Positions 34,835-35,629 of a stretch of 35,629 nucleotides of DNA are shown here, one piece after another. The notes beneath the pieces are model-generated. The model did not search any database. It was given only the letters and a program-made list of their open reading frames with translations, and was not told the DNA's origin. The DNA lies in NCBI GenBank assembly GCA_017476705.1, contig JAFUZI010000011.1, positions 1 to 35,629 of the forward strand. The letters run 5' to 3'. The DNA is from Bacilli bacterium. Lineage in GTDB: Bacteria > Bacillota_I > Bacilli_A > RF39 > UBA660. A program made the position numbers and the translations under genes. Positions within the stretch are counted from its first letter, which is position 1. Each line of letters opens with the position of its first letter.

Positions 34835-35629
34835 ATGTCTCCATATCGATTTTATTATTTTTAATCTTAAACATAATACTTCCTTGCTTGTCTGTTCTAT
34901 ATATTTTTGAATTACTTAAATTTTCTAAAACTTCTTTATTTGGATGGCCATAACGATTATTCTTTCCAACACTAATTACTGAGTATTTTGGATTAATTAC
35001 ATTTATAAACTCGGCACTTGAACTTGTCCTACTTCCATGATGTCCTACTTTAAGTACATCTATATTTGGCAAATTATATCTATCTAATATTTCTTTTTCA
35101 GTAAATATAGATGCATCCCCCATAAACATAAATTTATACCCATTAAGTTCTGTATAAATTACACTTGAATTATCATTTTCATTATCATATTTTCTCGTCC
35201 TTAAAAAATATAATTTATTCTTATCAATATTTAAGGCTTTAATACATGAGTAATATTTAATATTCTTTTTATCTAATACTTTAATTAATTCTTCCTCCAA
35301 ATTATTATAAGGACCACAATTAAATATTACTTTATCTACTTTAAAATTATTAATTAAATTAAAAGCTTCTCCCATATGATCAAAATCACCATGACTAAGA
35401 ATTATGGCTGACAATTCTTTAATGCCATATGATTTTAACAATGGAACAATTGTATCTTTAGCAATTGAATATTCTTTACTTCTTGTTTTCCATTTAAAAG
35501 ATTTATATTTCATTTTTCCGCCTGTATCAATTAAAACATTTTTATTATGAGCAAATTCAATTAAAATAGAGTCACCTTGACCAACATCTATCATAGTAAT
35601 TGCTGGTATTTTATTGAAATATTTTATAT
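34824..35629 (-). CDS. comEC: Competence protein ComEC, C-terminal metallo-beta-lactamase domain (5' part outside the window)
   Basis: The frame stays open to the window edge (…IKYFNKIPAITMIDVGQGDSILIE). MBL motifs: DVGQGD, SHGDFDH, GDA, VGHHGS. Confidence 0.85.
   Translation of the reverse strand, partial: IKYFNKIPAITMIDVGQGDSILIEFAHNKNVLIDTGGKMKYKSFKWKTRSKEYSIAKDTIVPLLKSYGIKELSAIILSHGDFDHMGEAFNLINNFKVDKVIFNCGPYNNLEEELIKVLDKKNIKYYSCIKALNIDKNKLYFLRTRKYDNENDNSSVIYTELNGYKFMFMGDASIFTEKEILDRYNLPNIDVLKVGHHGSRTSSSAEFINVINPKYSVISVGKNNRYGHPNKEVLENLSNSKIYRTDKQGSIMFKIKNNKIDMETCAP

Noticed and set aside
1-35629. Mollicutes-type genetic code (TGA read as Trp), considered because of the extreme AT content.
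   Set aside because: Several genes end on TGA, followed immediately by an SD and the next start (for example 10294-10296). All long ORFs are intact under the standard code.

Overview
This is a very AT-rich window (by eye about 25-30% G+C) that uses the standard genetic code; TGA acts as a stop codon. It reads as chromosomal core DNA from an endospore-forming low-GC Firmicute. Nearly all of it is tightly packed housekeeping and sporulation genes. In order: dnaK (3' end), pepF, dnaJ, sigG, ylmC, holA, ylbJ, ylbL, rpsT, gpr, spoIIM, mnmA, zupT, deoB, xerD, rarA, trmK, sigA, dnaG and the 3' part of comEC. These blocks resemble a permuted version of the Bacillus yqe/yqf neighbourhood. A type IV filament (competence-pseudopilus or T4P-like) machine is interleaved with them, split over three loci. 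The first locus is a lone 376-aa modular prepilin behind dnaJ. The second is a GspE/ComGA-like ATPase divergent from three prepilin-like genes. The third is a platform-protein, prepilin-peptidase and lipoprotein operon. Several of these parts are atypical: the pilins are large, one pilin carries a CBM4_9-like module, the ATPase has an acidic tail, and the platform protein has a lysine-rich N-terminal extension. I found no rRNA, tRNA, CRISPR array, transposase, phage block or recognisable defence system. The observations most worth follow-up are (1) the atypical split type IV filament system; (2) a diverged second copy of the comEC 3' end lying downstream of an inserted orphan ORF; (3) a ~490-bp ORF-free, extremely AT-rich gap followed by an Asn-rich 62-aa ORF; and (4) an untracked 32-aa hydrophobic peptide ORF with a good Shine-Dalgarno site. 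I cannot demonstrate a novel system from sequence alone. All functional calls rest on motifs I recognise by eye and on remembered synteny, not on database searches.
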